Virus record (IMG/VR): IMGVR_UViG_3300014205_000219
Coordinates: 5,057 to 69,056 of that record
Strand: one strand, 5' to 3'
DNA length: 64,000 nt
Source: a virus
Taxonomy: Duplodnaviria > Caudoviricetes
Shown in pieces: positions 27,660 to 34,614 of the stretch (position 1 is the stretch's first letter; each line of letters starts with the position of its first letter). The position numbers were made by a program, and so were the translations under genes. Under the pieces are notes generated by a model. It was not told the DNA's origin. It saw nothing but the letters and a program-made list of their open reading frames with translations, and made no database searches.

Positions 27660-28528
27660 TGCCTAATCCAATTGTAAATAGAAGAGTAGTTTTTTCAGGG
27701 GGCCAAGGTTCTCCAGCTCCTACCGTCTCAGTACTGCAACCGTGGTACGATTTACTGTCAGTGAAGCCAAGTGCAGGATTATGGGCTGATTTGCAGACAA
27801 TGGCAGACGGGATGAATACAGATGGGGACTGGGGGGAGTCTGATTTTATTGCTATGTTTGCTGCGCTCGAAACAGATGAGCAGCGGTTAACTCCGTTTAA
27901 GTCTACTAGTGGGGATATTATGGTAAATGATAATTTAGGAATTGGTTCAGCTTTAGTATTAGATGCGAATGGTGCTAATGGTAATGCATCTGGAGTAATA
28001 GACTGTAAATGGAATCCAGTTGATGATGGCGTAAAGTACACTCAAAACTCGTCTTCGTTAATGATGTACGGAAACACAACAACTGACACCGCAATAACAC
28101 ACCCAGTATTAGGCTCATGGTCTAATCCAGATGTCCAGTGTTTTATATCGAGAACACTCACATCTCCATTGATAGGAACTCAGGGAAGAGTGTTAAACGC
28201 AGCTTCAGGAACCACTAATACAACATTCGCAAAATCAGGTTCTAGTGTTCCTTATTTTATAACACAACAAAGAACGTCGTCCAACGCTAACCAAGGTAGT
28301 ATTAACTTGACAAATGGAGCAAATAACACTACTGTATCTTCAGGCATGTCTAATTTTGATTTATTTGCATGTGGAATAAATGACGATACTGGTTTTTTCG
28401 GGCCGGTAGGAACTACTTTGGATATATGCAGAACGGTTATCGCTGGCTCAGGATTAATAAATAAAACAAATGTAGCTGCAAGATTAAACACATTTTTTAC
28501 TTCACGAGGATTATCAATTTTTAGTTAA
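27659..28528 (+). CDS. Putative tail/receptor-binding beta-sandwich protein
   Basis: S/T/N/G-rich; in structural operon. Confidence 0.5.
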   Translation: MPNPIVNRRVVFSGGQGSPAPTVSVLQPWYDLLSVKPSAGLWADLQTMADGMNTDGDWGESDFIAMFAALETDEQRLTPFKSTSGDIMVNDNLGIGSALVLDANGANGNASGVIDCKWNPVDDGVKYTQNSSSLMMYGNTTTDTAITHPVLGSWSNPDVQCFISRTLTSPLIGTQGRVLNAASGTTNTTFAKSGSSVPYFITQQRTSSNANQGSINLTNGANNTTVSSGMSNFDLFACGINDDTGFFGPVGTTLDICRTVIAGSGLINKTNVAARLNTFFTSRGLSIFS

Positions 28529-28539
28529 AACAAATTATT

Positions 28540-28707
28540 ATGACAAAAACAAACATTTTAAACGGACTTGCCGACAAGGTAGCAACGTTTTACACGAACG
28601 AAAACGACACGCTAACAGCGGCACAAGAAACAGAGCTTACTGATCAATTGGCGGCTTATCTGGAAACGGTAAATCCTGATCACAACTACCCGCCAACAAA
28701 CAAATGA
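28540..28707 (+). CDS. Small acidic protein (55 aa, not in ORF track)
   Basis: MTKTNILNGLADKVATFYTNEND...; ATGA-coupled to next gene. Confidence 0.6.
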   Translation: MTKTNILNGLADKVATFYTNENDTLTAAQETELTDQLAAYLETVNPDHNYPPTNK

Positions 28708-29057
28708 TAAAACTATCACTTGTAATATTAAGCCTCGTTTTGTATGTAAGTAATTTCTTTATTTGCAATGCAAAATATCCGGGAGCGTCCAGTGATTGGA
28801 ATATTTTTATTCCCATGGACACCTTACATCATGGTATCTGGGCGGTAATAATTTTAATCTTGTTTATTGCAATGGCATTAAAAACGATCATTGATGTAAC
28901 TGATTTTTTTATTTACACAGGAATACTTTATTGCATTGTTGATGTACTTGCAAGGTTTTCATTAATGCCTTTTTACAGTGAAAATTTATACAAAATAACT
29001 TTAATATCTTGCCCACTTATAGCTTCACTTGTTTATGCTTATAGAAAAAGAAAATAA
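28704..29057 (+). CDS. Multi-pass membrane protein (lysis module)
   Basis: Three to four hydrophobic segments. Confidence 0.6.
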   Translation: MIKLSLVILSLVLYVSNFFICNAKYPGASSDWNIFIPMDTLHHGIWAVIILILFIAMALKTIIDVTDFFIYTGILYCIVDVLARFSLMPFYSENLYKITLISCPLIASLVYAYRKRK

Positions 29058-29349
29058 TATCTTAGAAAACACTTATGTGAAAACAATCGGTAAGGCTGTT
29101 ATTTGGGCTTTTTTTGTTGGCGCTGCATGGCAAAGATTAGAATACAAGATTGATGAAACTACTGAAAAAGTAATTAAAAAAATTGACGAGCATATTATCT
29201 CAGATAAATTTGAGAAGCAAATGTTATCAAATGAATTATCACAACTAAGATCAATGGTTGAAGACGTGCAAGATCAGGTTAAACAAATTAACCCAAACGC
29301 CTTTGTAAGGCCGGACGAAGTTAGAATACAAACTAAACGGAGAAGATAA
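29029..29349 (+). CDS. Single-TM coiled-coil protein (holin/antiholin-like)
   Basis: TM followed by coiled coil, immediately upstream of endolysin candidate. Confidence 0.45.
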   Translation: MFMLIEKENNILENTYVKTIGKAVIWAFFVGAAWQRLEYKIDETTEKVIKKIDEHIISDKFEKQMLSNELSQLRSMVEDVQDQVKQINPNAFVRPDEVRIQTKRRR

Positions 29350-29768
29350 TGAAAAAAGTACAATGCTTTAGAACACTCGACAATACTAAGCAATCACTTG
29401 GTGTGTTAATAGTAACCGATGAAACGGGCGTGTTATTCGTATGCCGGACATTAGAACTGCCTTACAAAAATAACGCTCAATCTATCAGCTCTTTTAATCC
29501 GGGTAAATACACCTGTAAATACACTATGTCGCCATCATTTAAGATTAAGACTTATGAGGTAACAGGCGTTCCAGGACGTGCAGGAGTTCGTATTCATTCA
29601 GCAAATTACGTGTCTCAATTACGTGGTTGCATTGCGCTTGGTGACGCTCATAAAGACATTAACGCAGACGGTTTAAGTGACGTTACTCACAGCGGTAATA
29701 CTATTGCTGCATTTGAGAAATTAATGAATTACGAAGACTTTGAATTAGAAATCATTAAGGCTTATTGA
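29349..29768 (+). CDS. DUF5675-family putative endolysin
   Basis: TLELP..NN....S....G.Y...VPGR.G.RIH.AN....L.GCIALG signature. Confidence 0.75.
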   Translation: MKKVQCFRTLDNTKQSLGVLIVTDETGVLFVCRTLELPYKNNAQSISSFNPGKYTCKYTMSPSFKIKTYEVTGVPGRAGVRIHSANYVSQLRGCIALGDAHKDINADGLSDVTHSGNTIAAFEKLMNYEDFELEIIKAY

Positions 29769-29769
29769 T

Positions 29770-30012
29770 ATGAAATTCCCATTTATAACAAAACTATTCG
29801 CATCGCTTGATAACACTACGTTAGGTTATTCAGGCCGTAAATTAACCGCTTTGGCTTCTATAATTGTAGGCGTTTACATTACATACACTTTGCGGGTAGA
29901 CGCTAAATTACACGCTCTTTACGCATGGCAAGTACTGGCTTTGTTGTGTCTTGGTATCGTAACAGTGGAGCAAATTATAAAGTTTAAGAATGGTGGGAAC
30001 AAACCGGAATGA
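29770..30012 (+). CDS. Putative holin
   Basis: Two TM helices, S.RKL motif, charged C-terminus, after endolysin. Confidence 0.6.
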   Translation: MKFPFITKLFASLDNTTLGYSGRKLTALASIIVGVYITYTLRVDAKLHALYAWQVLALLCLGIVTVEQIIKFKNGGNKPE

Positions 30013-30134
30013 ATACCTCCCCTTCCTAATCGCTGCGGTGTTGTTGGTTTGGTGGTGGGTGTGAATAAAGATATAGGAGTACGCCGAAAATCCTTCAAAG
30101 AGTAGGCAAAATAACTATTGAAAAATAAAGAAAA

Positions 30135-30338
30135 ATGGTTACGTATTACAACAAAAAAGACCTAGTAAGTTTTGGACATTACTTGCTAAGCGAAGAAAGA
30201 AGAATAAGCTTTGAAAACACAGAGAAGCTTTACAAAGAACAAGGGATGAATCCTTTATCAGCAGAGGAGTCATTAAAGCTCGTTCACGACGCTGATTTAG
30301 CTAACTGGATGGAAATCCAAAGAAACAAAAAAGAGTAG
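30135..30338 (+). CDS. Hypothetical protein
   Basis: ORF track; VTYYNKKDLVSFG.YLLS...VH.ADLANW pattern. Confidence 0.7.
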   Translation: MVTYYNKKDLVSFGHYLLSEERRISFENTEKLYKEQGMNPLSAEESLKLVHDADLANWMEIQRNKKE

Positions 30339-30344
30339 TTAAAT

Positions 30345-30372
30345 AAAAAAAACCAACCTTTTACAGTTGGTT
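30345..30372 (-). terminator. Intrinsic terminator on minus strand, loop T-GTAAAA-G
   Basis: AACCAAC TGTAAAAG GTTGGTT plus T8; likely ends the tRNA transcript. Confidence 0.75.
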
Positions 30373-30445
30373 AATTAGACTAGGTCACGCTACTTACCGA
30401 AATTAATCTAAGTGATGAGGGTTGTATCATCAGCGTTCTCTGACT
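30345..30445 (-). ncRNA. Candidate ~100-nt small transcript (structured RNA or 16-aa sORF 30380-30430)
   Basis: Bounded by a consensus promoter and a terminator; hairpins TGATGA/TCATCA and TTAGATTA/TAGTCTAA. Confidence 0.4.
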
Positions 30446-30448
30446 AAA

Positions 30449-30480
30449 CAAATCTACAAATTATGAAACAATCCACCAAA
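30449..30480 (-). promoter_or_regulatory. Promoter TTTG-N20-TAGATTTG
   Basis: Both Bacteroidota boxes, 20-nt spacer; shares TTTGGTGGATT with the 31221-31252 promoter. Confidence 0.7.
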
Positions 30481-30518
30481 TATTTATTGTTAATTATCGC
30501 AGGGGCGGTTTGAATTTG

Positions 30519-30590
30519 TGGGATAGAGAAGTCACGATCTTCATGTGGTTCGGTTTTACAGACCGTCCAGCTTGCCCTGAGCATTATCCC
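30519..30590 (-). tRNA. tRNA-Tyr(GUA), atypical
   Basis: CGGT-CTGTAAA-ACCG anticodon arm; GGGATA/TATCCC acceptor; non-canonical T-loop ATCGTGA and several mismatches. Confidence 0.65.
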
Positions 30591-30595
30591 TTTTG

Positions 30596-30678
30596 CGGAA
30601 AGTAAAGGAATCGAACCCTCACCAACTACGATGTATCCTAGTTTTCAAGACTAGTCGCCTACCATAGGCATACTTTCC
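30596..30678 (-). tRNA. tRNA-Ser(UGA)
   Basis: GGAAAGT/ACTTTCC acceptor, CTAGT-CTTGAAA-ACTAG, long variable arm, TTCGATT loop, G73. Confidence 0.92.
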
Positions 30679-30683
30679 TTATG

Positions 30684-30754
30684 AGGCTTATATTGGAATC
30701 GAACCAATTACTACTGTTTTGCAGACAGTCAACAATCCATTTGTCTTACAAGCC
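30684..30754 (-). tRNA. tRNA-Cys(GCA)
   Basis: GGCTTGT/ATAAGCC acceptor, ACTGT-CTGCAAA-ACAGT, TTCGATT loop, U73. Confidence 0.92.
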
Positions 30755-30759
30755 TTATG

Positions 30760-30832
30760 TGTGATCTTTTGGTATCGAACCAAATCCCCCAGTTTTTCAA
30801 ACTGATGCTTCTACCTAGTTAGCTTAGACCAC
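30760..30832 (-). tRNA. tRNA-Phe(GAA)
   Basis: GTGGTCT/AGATCAC acceptor, TCAGT-TTGAAAA-ACTGG, TTCGATA loop. Confidence 0.92.
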
Positions 30833-30837
30833 ATTTG

Positions 30838-30921
30838 CGGAAGATTGAGTACTCGAAACCCAAACTTTTACATTCAGTTTGTTTAGCAAACAACTACGGA
30901 CACCTATCCGTTTAATCTTCC
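30838..30921 (-). tRNA. tRNA-Ser(GCU)
   Basis: GGAAGAT/ATCTTCC acceptor, TTGT-TTGCTAA-ACAA, long variable region, G73. Confidence 0.85.
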
Positions 30922-30926
30922 TTTTG

Positions 30927-31001
30927 TACGCCGAGTGGGATTCGAACCCACACTGTTAGGATTTTAAGTCCTTTGTCTCCTACCGATTGCACTACCGGCG
31001 C
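30927..31001 (-). tRNA. tRNA-Leu(UAA), short variable loop
   Basis: GCGCCGG/TCGGCGT acceptor, AGGA-CTTAAAA-TCCT, GTGGG-TTCGAAT-CCCAC. Confidence 0.92.
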
Positions 31002-31006
31002 ATTTG

Positions 31007-31081
31007 TACCCCTGCACAGAATCGAACTGTGACCATTCCTGATCCTAAATCAGGCGCGACTACCAATTGCGCAACAGGGGC
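31007..31081 (-). tRNA. tRNA-Leu(UAG), short variable loop
   Basis: GCCCCTG/CAGGGGT acceptor, CCTGA-TTTAGGA-TCAGG, CACAG-TTCGATT-CTGTG. Confidence 0.92.
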
Positions 31082-31116
31082 AAATAAAAAAGCCTCAGAA
31101 ATTAATCCGAGGCCTT
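31082..31116 (-). terminator. Attenuator-type intrinsic terminator immediately upstream of tRNA array
   Basis: AAGGCCTCGGA TTAATT TCTGAGGCTTT 11-bp stem (2 G-U) then U-tract ending about 4 nt before the first tRNA. Confidence 0.85.
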
Positions 31117-31138
31117 GGTAAATTAAATATTTTTATTT

Positions 31139-31216
31139 TTAATTCATAGAATCCCCGGTAACGTTGTGTAACAACGAACTAAATGATAGGAGACAATATA
31201 AATTATTAATTTTCAT
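31139..31216 (-). CDS. Putative leader peptide (25 aa) MKINNLYCLLSFSSLLHNVTGDSMN
   Basis: ATG 4 nt after the -7 box; codons 6-16 TTA TAT TGT CTC CTA TCA TTT AGT TCG TTG TTA match the amino acids of the downstream tRNAs. Confidence 0.8.
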   Translation of the reverse strand: MKINNLYCLLSFSSLLHNVTGDSMN

Positions 31217-31220
31217 ACGG

Positions 31221-31252
31221 CAAATATAACTACTTATTTTTAATCCACCAAA
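31221..31252 (-). promoter_or_regulatory. Promoter TTTG-N20-TATATTTG for leader/tRNA operon
   Basis: Exact Bacteroidota -33/-7 consensus with 20-nt spacer. Confidence 0.8.
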
Positions 31253-31273
31253 ATATTTTTGTAACTTTATTGT

Positions 31274-31795
31274 ATGAAATATTTACCATACATCGCAATC
31301 GCCATCCTACTCATAATCCTGTCATTCCAAACGTGCCAGCCTAAACCGTTGCCAGTAGCTCTAATCAACTCCGACAGCATAGCTAAGCTAGGTTATAATA
31401 AGGGCTATGAGATCGCCAAACTTGAAGATATCGGCAAGGTCAAAGATTCAATCCAAACGCATTACGTTACCAAGTGGAAGGTTTACCGAGAGAAAGCTAT
31501 ACACGATACCATAACCAGGGAGTGTGTGCAAAACTGCGACAGCGCTCTCAATACTCAGTCGGACTACATTTGTCACCTTGAAACTATCAGCGCTCACAAA
31601 GACACGGCAATAACGTATTGGCGTAGTGCGTATAGGGGGGATAGTACGAATGTCAACATGCTCCAATCTGCCATGTCCGACACCGTTAAGTACTTTGGTA
31701 AACGAGTTCGCAGGGGGTACTTTAAAGGATTCCTTCACGGGTTTACGGCTGGGAATGTTACGGGTGGCAGTGTTGTGATGGGAATATCGAGGTAG
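31274..31795 (+). CDS. Putative spanin-like lysis protein
   Basis: N-terminal TM/lipoprotein-like signal (LLIILSFQTC), coiled coil, C-terminal hydrophobic G-rich tail. Confidence 0.5.
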   Translation: MKYLPYIAIAILLIILSFQTCQPKPLPVALINSDSIAKLGYNKGYEIAKLEDIGKVKDSIQTHYVTKWKVYREKAIHDTITRECVQNCDSALNTQSDYICHLETISAHKDTAITYWRSAYRGDSTNVNMLQSAMSDTVKYFGKRVRRGYFKGFLHGFTAGNVTGGSVVMGISR

Positions 31796-32024
31796 AGTGC
31801 GTTACTAAATAATGCTTTCCAACGCTGGCAACTTTATCAACTTTACTTTTGCAAATAAATCTAGCTACTGCTGTTCCTAATTCCTTTGGATAAGGAACGT
31901 AATGATTGTAACCATTTTTTCTATACATCCATGCGCATTCATAAATAGTTCCGTCTGAAAAAATGTAAAATAGTCTTTCTGACCAGCACCAAATTTGTTT
32001 TTGTTTATTAATAATGTTTGTCAT
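31758..32024 (-). CDS. Hypothetical protein
   Basis: ORF track. Confidence 0.45.
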   Translation of the reverse strand: MTNIINKQKQIWCWSERLFYIFSDGTIYECAWMYRKNGYNHYVPYPKELGTAVARFICKSKVDKVASVGKHYLVTHSTSIFPSQHCHP

Positions 32025-32087
32025 ATTTTCAATATTTAATATTCGCCACCCTCGAAGCGGCTGTTATTGCTGGTCAGGATGTAAGGT

Positions 32088-32113
32088 AAAAAAGGCGGTT
32101 GTTAGCCGCCTCT
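32088..32113 (-). terminator. Intrinsic terminator
   Basis: AGGCGG CTAACAA CCGCCT plus T-run on minus strand. Confidence 0.75.
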
Positions 32114-32120
32114 TAAATTA

Positions 32121-32753
32121 TTACATACAAAAATCATTCTCAAATTCTCGAACATCTGCAACCCAGAAACACTTTGTTTCACAAATGTACTGCCCGTAAA
32201 TTGTAGTCCAACATCTCGTGGTGCAAACATATTTCCATTTAGTTCTTTCTGATGGAGTTACATCTGTTACATACTCAAATTTAATTTTAGTGTTTTCATC
32301 AACTCCCAACGCTGTTAGTTGACTCACCGAAATGTCGAATACATGATTAATTTGAGTTTCAATTTTTTCAAACGTAATCAACGGGTCTTTTTTGATTTTC
32401 AGGGTTATAACTAACTCGCCATCTTGATTCAGAGAGCTTGGTAGCTCGAATCCGTCTGCTACACCGTTGTTACAGTATAGTTTTGCTGGAACGTCAAACG
32501 CTACTTTAATCAGCTCATCTTGTGAATTAAATTCAGGAAAACATACCTGACTACTTTCTGTACACATATTATTTTTGTTCGGATTTTCTCCCGTCCCAGA
32601 GGTTTGTATAACACGACATTGTGTTATAATGTTATTAATTACTGTATAAGCATTGTGTTCAAATGTTGTTTCGTCGTTTTCTCCAAAGTAGCTTCTGATA
32701 CTTTTTAAGTCAGACAACTGGTCTTTGGTTATTGTTATGGTTATATTTTCCAT
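32121..32753 (-). CDS. Hypothetical protein (likely start 32753)
   Basis: ORF track; Cys-containing C-terminus. Confidence 0.65.
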   Translation of the reverse strand: MENITITITKDQLSDLKSIRSYFGENDETTFEHNAYTVINNIITQCRVIQTSGTGENPNKNNMCTESSQVCFPEFNSQDELIKVAFDVPAKLYCNNGVADGFELPSSLNQDGELVITLKIKKDPLITFEKIETQINHVFDISVSQLTALGVDENTKIKFEYVTDVTPSERTKWKYVCTTRCWTTIYGQYICETKCFWVADVREFENDFCM

Positions 32754-32754
32754 C

Positions 32755-33162
32755 TTAATAAAGTGTATTAATTTCGTAACCATTCATTTGTAAGTACTGG
32801 AATATTTTAAGCCAGTCTGAGCCGCTAAGATTGGTTTGGCTTACCCAAAAGTTAGGGCTGGAAAGTAGTTCATTTTTTACTTGGTGGATGATACTTTCAT
32901 CTGACGGACGTTCCCATTTAAGAATGCTTTTACCGATGAATAAAGCGTCATCTTCGATAATTTTAGAAAGGGCGTCTTGTAAAGTTTTCTTTGAATCCGG
33001 TTTTAATTGAGGCTTAAGATTCTGCTCATTGATCTTAGCCCATTGCTCAACCTTCCATTGCAACTCAGCTATGTAGTTATAGATAGGTTCCATTACTGAC
33101 TTTTCTGTAATTGAGTTAAGCGCTTCAATTGCTAATTTTCCTTTTTCTGATTCTGTTTTCAT
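32755..33162 (-). CDS. Hypothetical protein
   Basis: ORF track. Confidence 0.65.
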   Translation of the reverse strand: MKTESEKGKLAIEALNSITEKSVMEPIYNYIAELQWKVEQWAKINEQNLKPQLKPDSKKTLQDALSKIIEDDALFIGKSILKWERPSDESIIHQVKNELLSSPNFWVSQTNLSGSDWLKIFQYLQMNGYEINTLY

Positions 33163-33255
33163 ATTATTTGTTTTTAAGTTTGGTCAAAGGTAAGTTGCAA
33201 AAGCTTCGTTTGTCCTCCCCAAGGTTGGGGATATTTCATAATTAACATTTAGTAT

Positions 33256-33293
33256 TTTTCACAATTTTATAGTAGGTAATGTAACGGGGGTGG
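33256..33293. repeat. 38-bp intergenic direct repeat, copy 1
   Basis: TTTTCACAATTTTATAGTAGGTAATGTAACGGGGGTGG; 37/38 identical to 34249-34286. Confidence 0.9.
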
Positions 33294-33302
33294 GGATAGC
33301 TC

Positions 33303-33521
33303 TTATTTTGCGTCTAAAAACCTTCGTGGATTCCAAATTATTTCATTAATCAGCATGGCGAGGATTTCAGATTCTTTTACCGTTATTTCTTCGGGAAGAT
33401 ACATGTGTAAAAGATTATTTATGTCTGGCTTTAATCTGTCCATGTGTCTTTCTAATTCCTTAGAGTCGACTTCATTTTGACAATCTATCAATTCTTTTGC
33501 GTGGTTAATTGCTTCTTGCAT
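33303..33521 (-). CDS. Hypothetical protein
   Basis: ORF track. Confidence 0.65.
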   Translation of the reverse strand: MQEAINHAKELIDCQNEVDSKELERHMDRLKPDINNLLHMYLPEEITVKESEILAMLINEIIWNPRRFLDAK

Positions 33522-33526
33522 TTGGT

Positions 33527-33937
33527 TTAGTTATTTAGCCGTTTATTAAATTCTTTTTGTATTTGCTTCATTTCCTGTTTTCCTAATTTTTCAAATACAA
33601 CATCGTGGAGTGTTTTGTATCTCAAATCCTGAGAGACAATTTTTTTAACAGAATTATATAAATTAAATTCTTTGCCTCGCTGAGCGTTTAGTATGGTAAG
33701 TTCTTTTTGAATTTCCAATTGATTTACCCCTTGGCAATTTGCCAGTTTTAGCTTTGTTTGCTCAATCTGTCTTACCAAAGAGCTTTCGTGCGGTTCAAGG
33801 AAGTTCTTTAAAACCATTGGCAGATAAATTCTAAGTAGATTTTCAATTTCTTCTTTTTCAAAAAATTGATTATCCATTATTCTTTCAGTCAAAGTTTTAG
33901 ACCAATGTTCGATTTTAGATTTTGTGTCTGTTTTCAT
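33527..33937 (-). CDS. Hypothetical protein
   Basis: ORF track. Confidence 0.65.
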   Translation of the reverse strand: MKTDTKSKIEHWSKTLTERIMDNQFFEKEEIENLLRIYLPMVLKNFLEPHESSLVRQIEQTKLKLANCQGVNQLEIQKELTILNAQRGKEFNLYNSVKKIVSQDLRYKTLHDVVFEKLGKQEMKQIQKEFNKRLNN

Positions 33938-34247
33938 ATTCCTTTATTTTATTTTCCAATGTTTCGATAAAAGCCTCTTTGTTTTCGATTAATCTTTGTA
34001 AATGAGTTATGTCTGGATTTTCTATTGCTGGATACGGCGTATTAAAATGAATCAATTGTTTAATTTGATTTTCAGTTAAATCTTTACCAAGAATCCACGT
34101 GTTTTCGTAAACCTTAGTTCCATCATGCTTAATTGTATAAGTGACTGGATATTTTTTATCTGGACTTACTAGAGTAGCGTAATTTAAATTTTCTTTTTTC
34201 ATGGTTTTTTCGTTTGGTAATCCGTAACAATTATTATAATCTTTCAT
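33915..34247 (-). CDS. Hypothetical protein
   Basis: ORF track. Confidence 0.6.
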   Translation of the reverse strand: MKDYNNCYGLPNEKTMKKENLNYATLVSPDKKYPVTYTIKHDGTKVYENTWILGKDLTENQIKQLIHFNTPYPAIENPDITHLQRLIENKEAFIETLENKIKEYENRHKI

Positions 34248-34248
34248 C

Positions 34249-34286
34249 TTTTCACAATTTTATAGTAGGTAATGGAACGGGGGTGG
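34249..34286. repeat. 38-bp intergenic direct repeat, copy 2
   Basis: TTTTCACAATTTTATAGTAGGTAATGGAACGGGGGTGG. Confidence 0.9.
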
Positions 34287-34289
34287 TGG

Positions 34290-34589
34290 TTAATCATAGC
34301 CGGTCTCTCTAGTCATAATTAATCTAACCATTGTACCAGAATTCTTTTCAAGGTCAATTAAACTATAAGATGGCCTGTATGAATTATACCTATGGCCATC
34401 AAGTAATATCCATCTGTCTTTCCATCCTTTTTCAAGTCTTTCAATAATGTCTTTTTTTAAATAAATTTTACCCTCAAAAGAATAAGTGGTTTTAAAAAAA
34501 CCAGTTGTGCTTTGTTGTTGCGTAACAGATTCATTCCACTCGGTAAATTGCTCTTTTTTTAGATGTAAGTTTGGCTCTAATTTTTCCAT
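34290..34589 (-). CDS. Hypothetical protein
   Basis: ORF track. Confidence 0.6.
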   Translation of the reverse strand: MEKLEPNLHLKKEQFTEWNESVTQQQSTTGFFKTTYSFEGKIYLKKDIIERLEKGWKDRWILLDGHRYNSYRPSYSLIDLEKNSGTMVRLIMTRETGYD

Positions 34590-34614
34590 TCCACAAAGTT
34601 AAAATTATTATCTC

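Noticed and set aside
30380-30445. Hammerhead ribozyme suggested by CTGATGA
   Set aside because: No GAAA core and cleavage-triplet helices on the same strand in the required order.
30519-31081. Amber suppressor tRNA
   Set aside because: The TAG anticodon at 31007-31081 is tRNA-Leu(UAG) reading CUA; no CUA anticodon is present.
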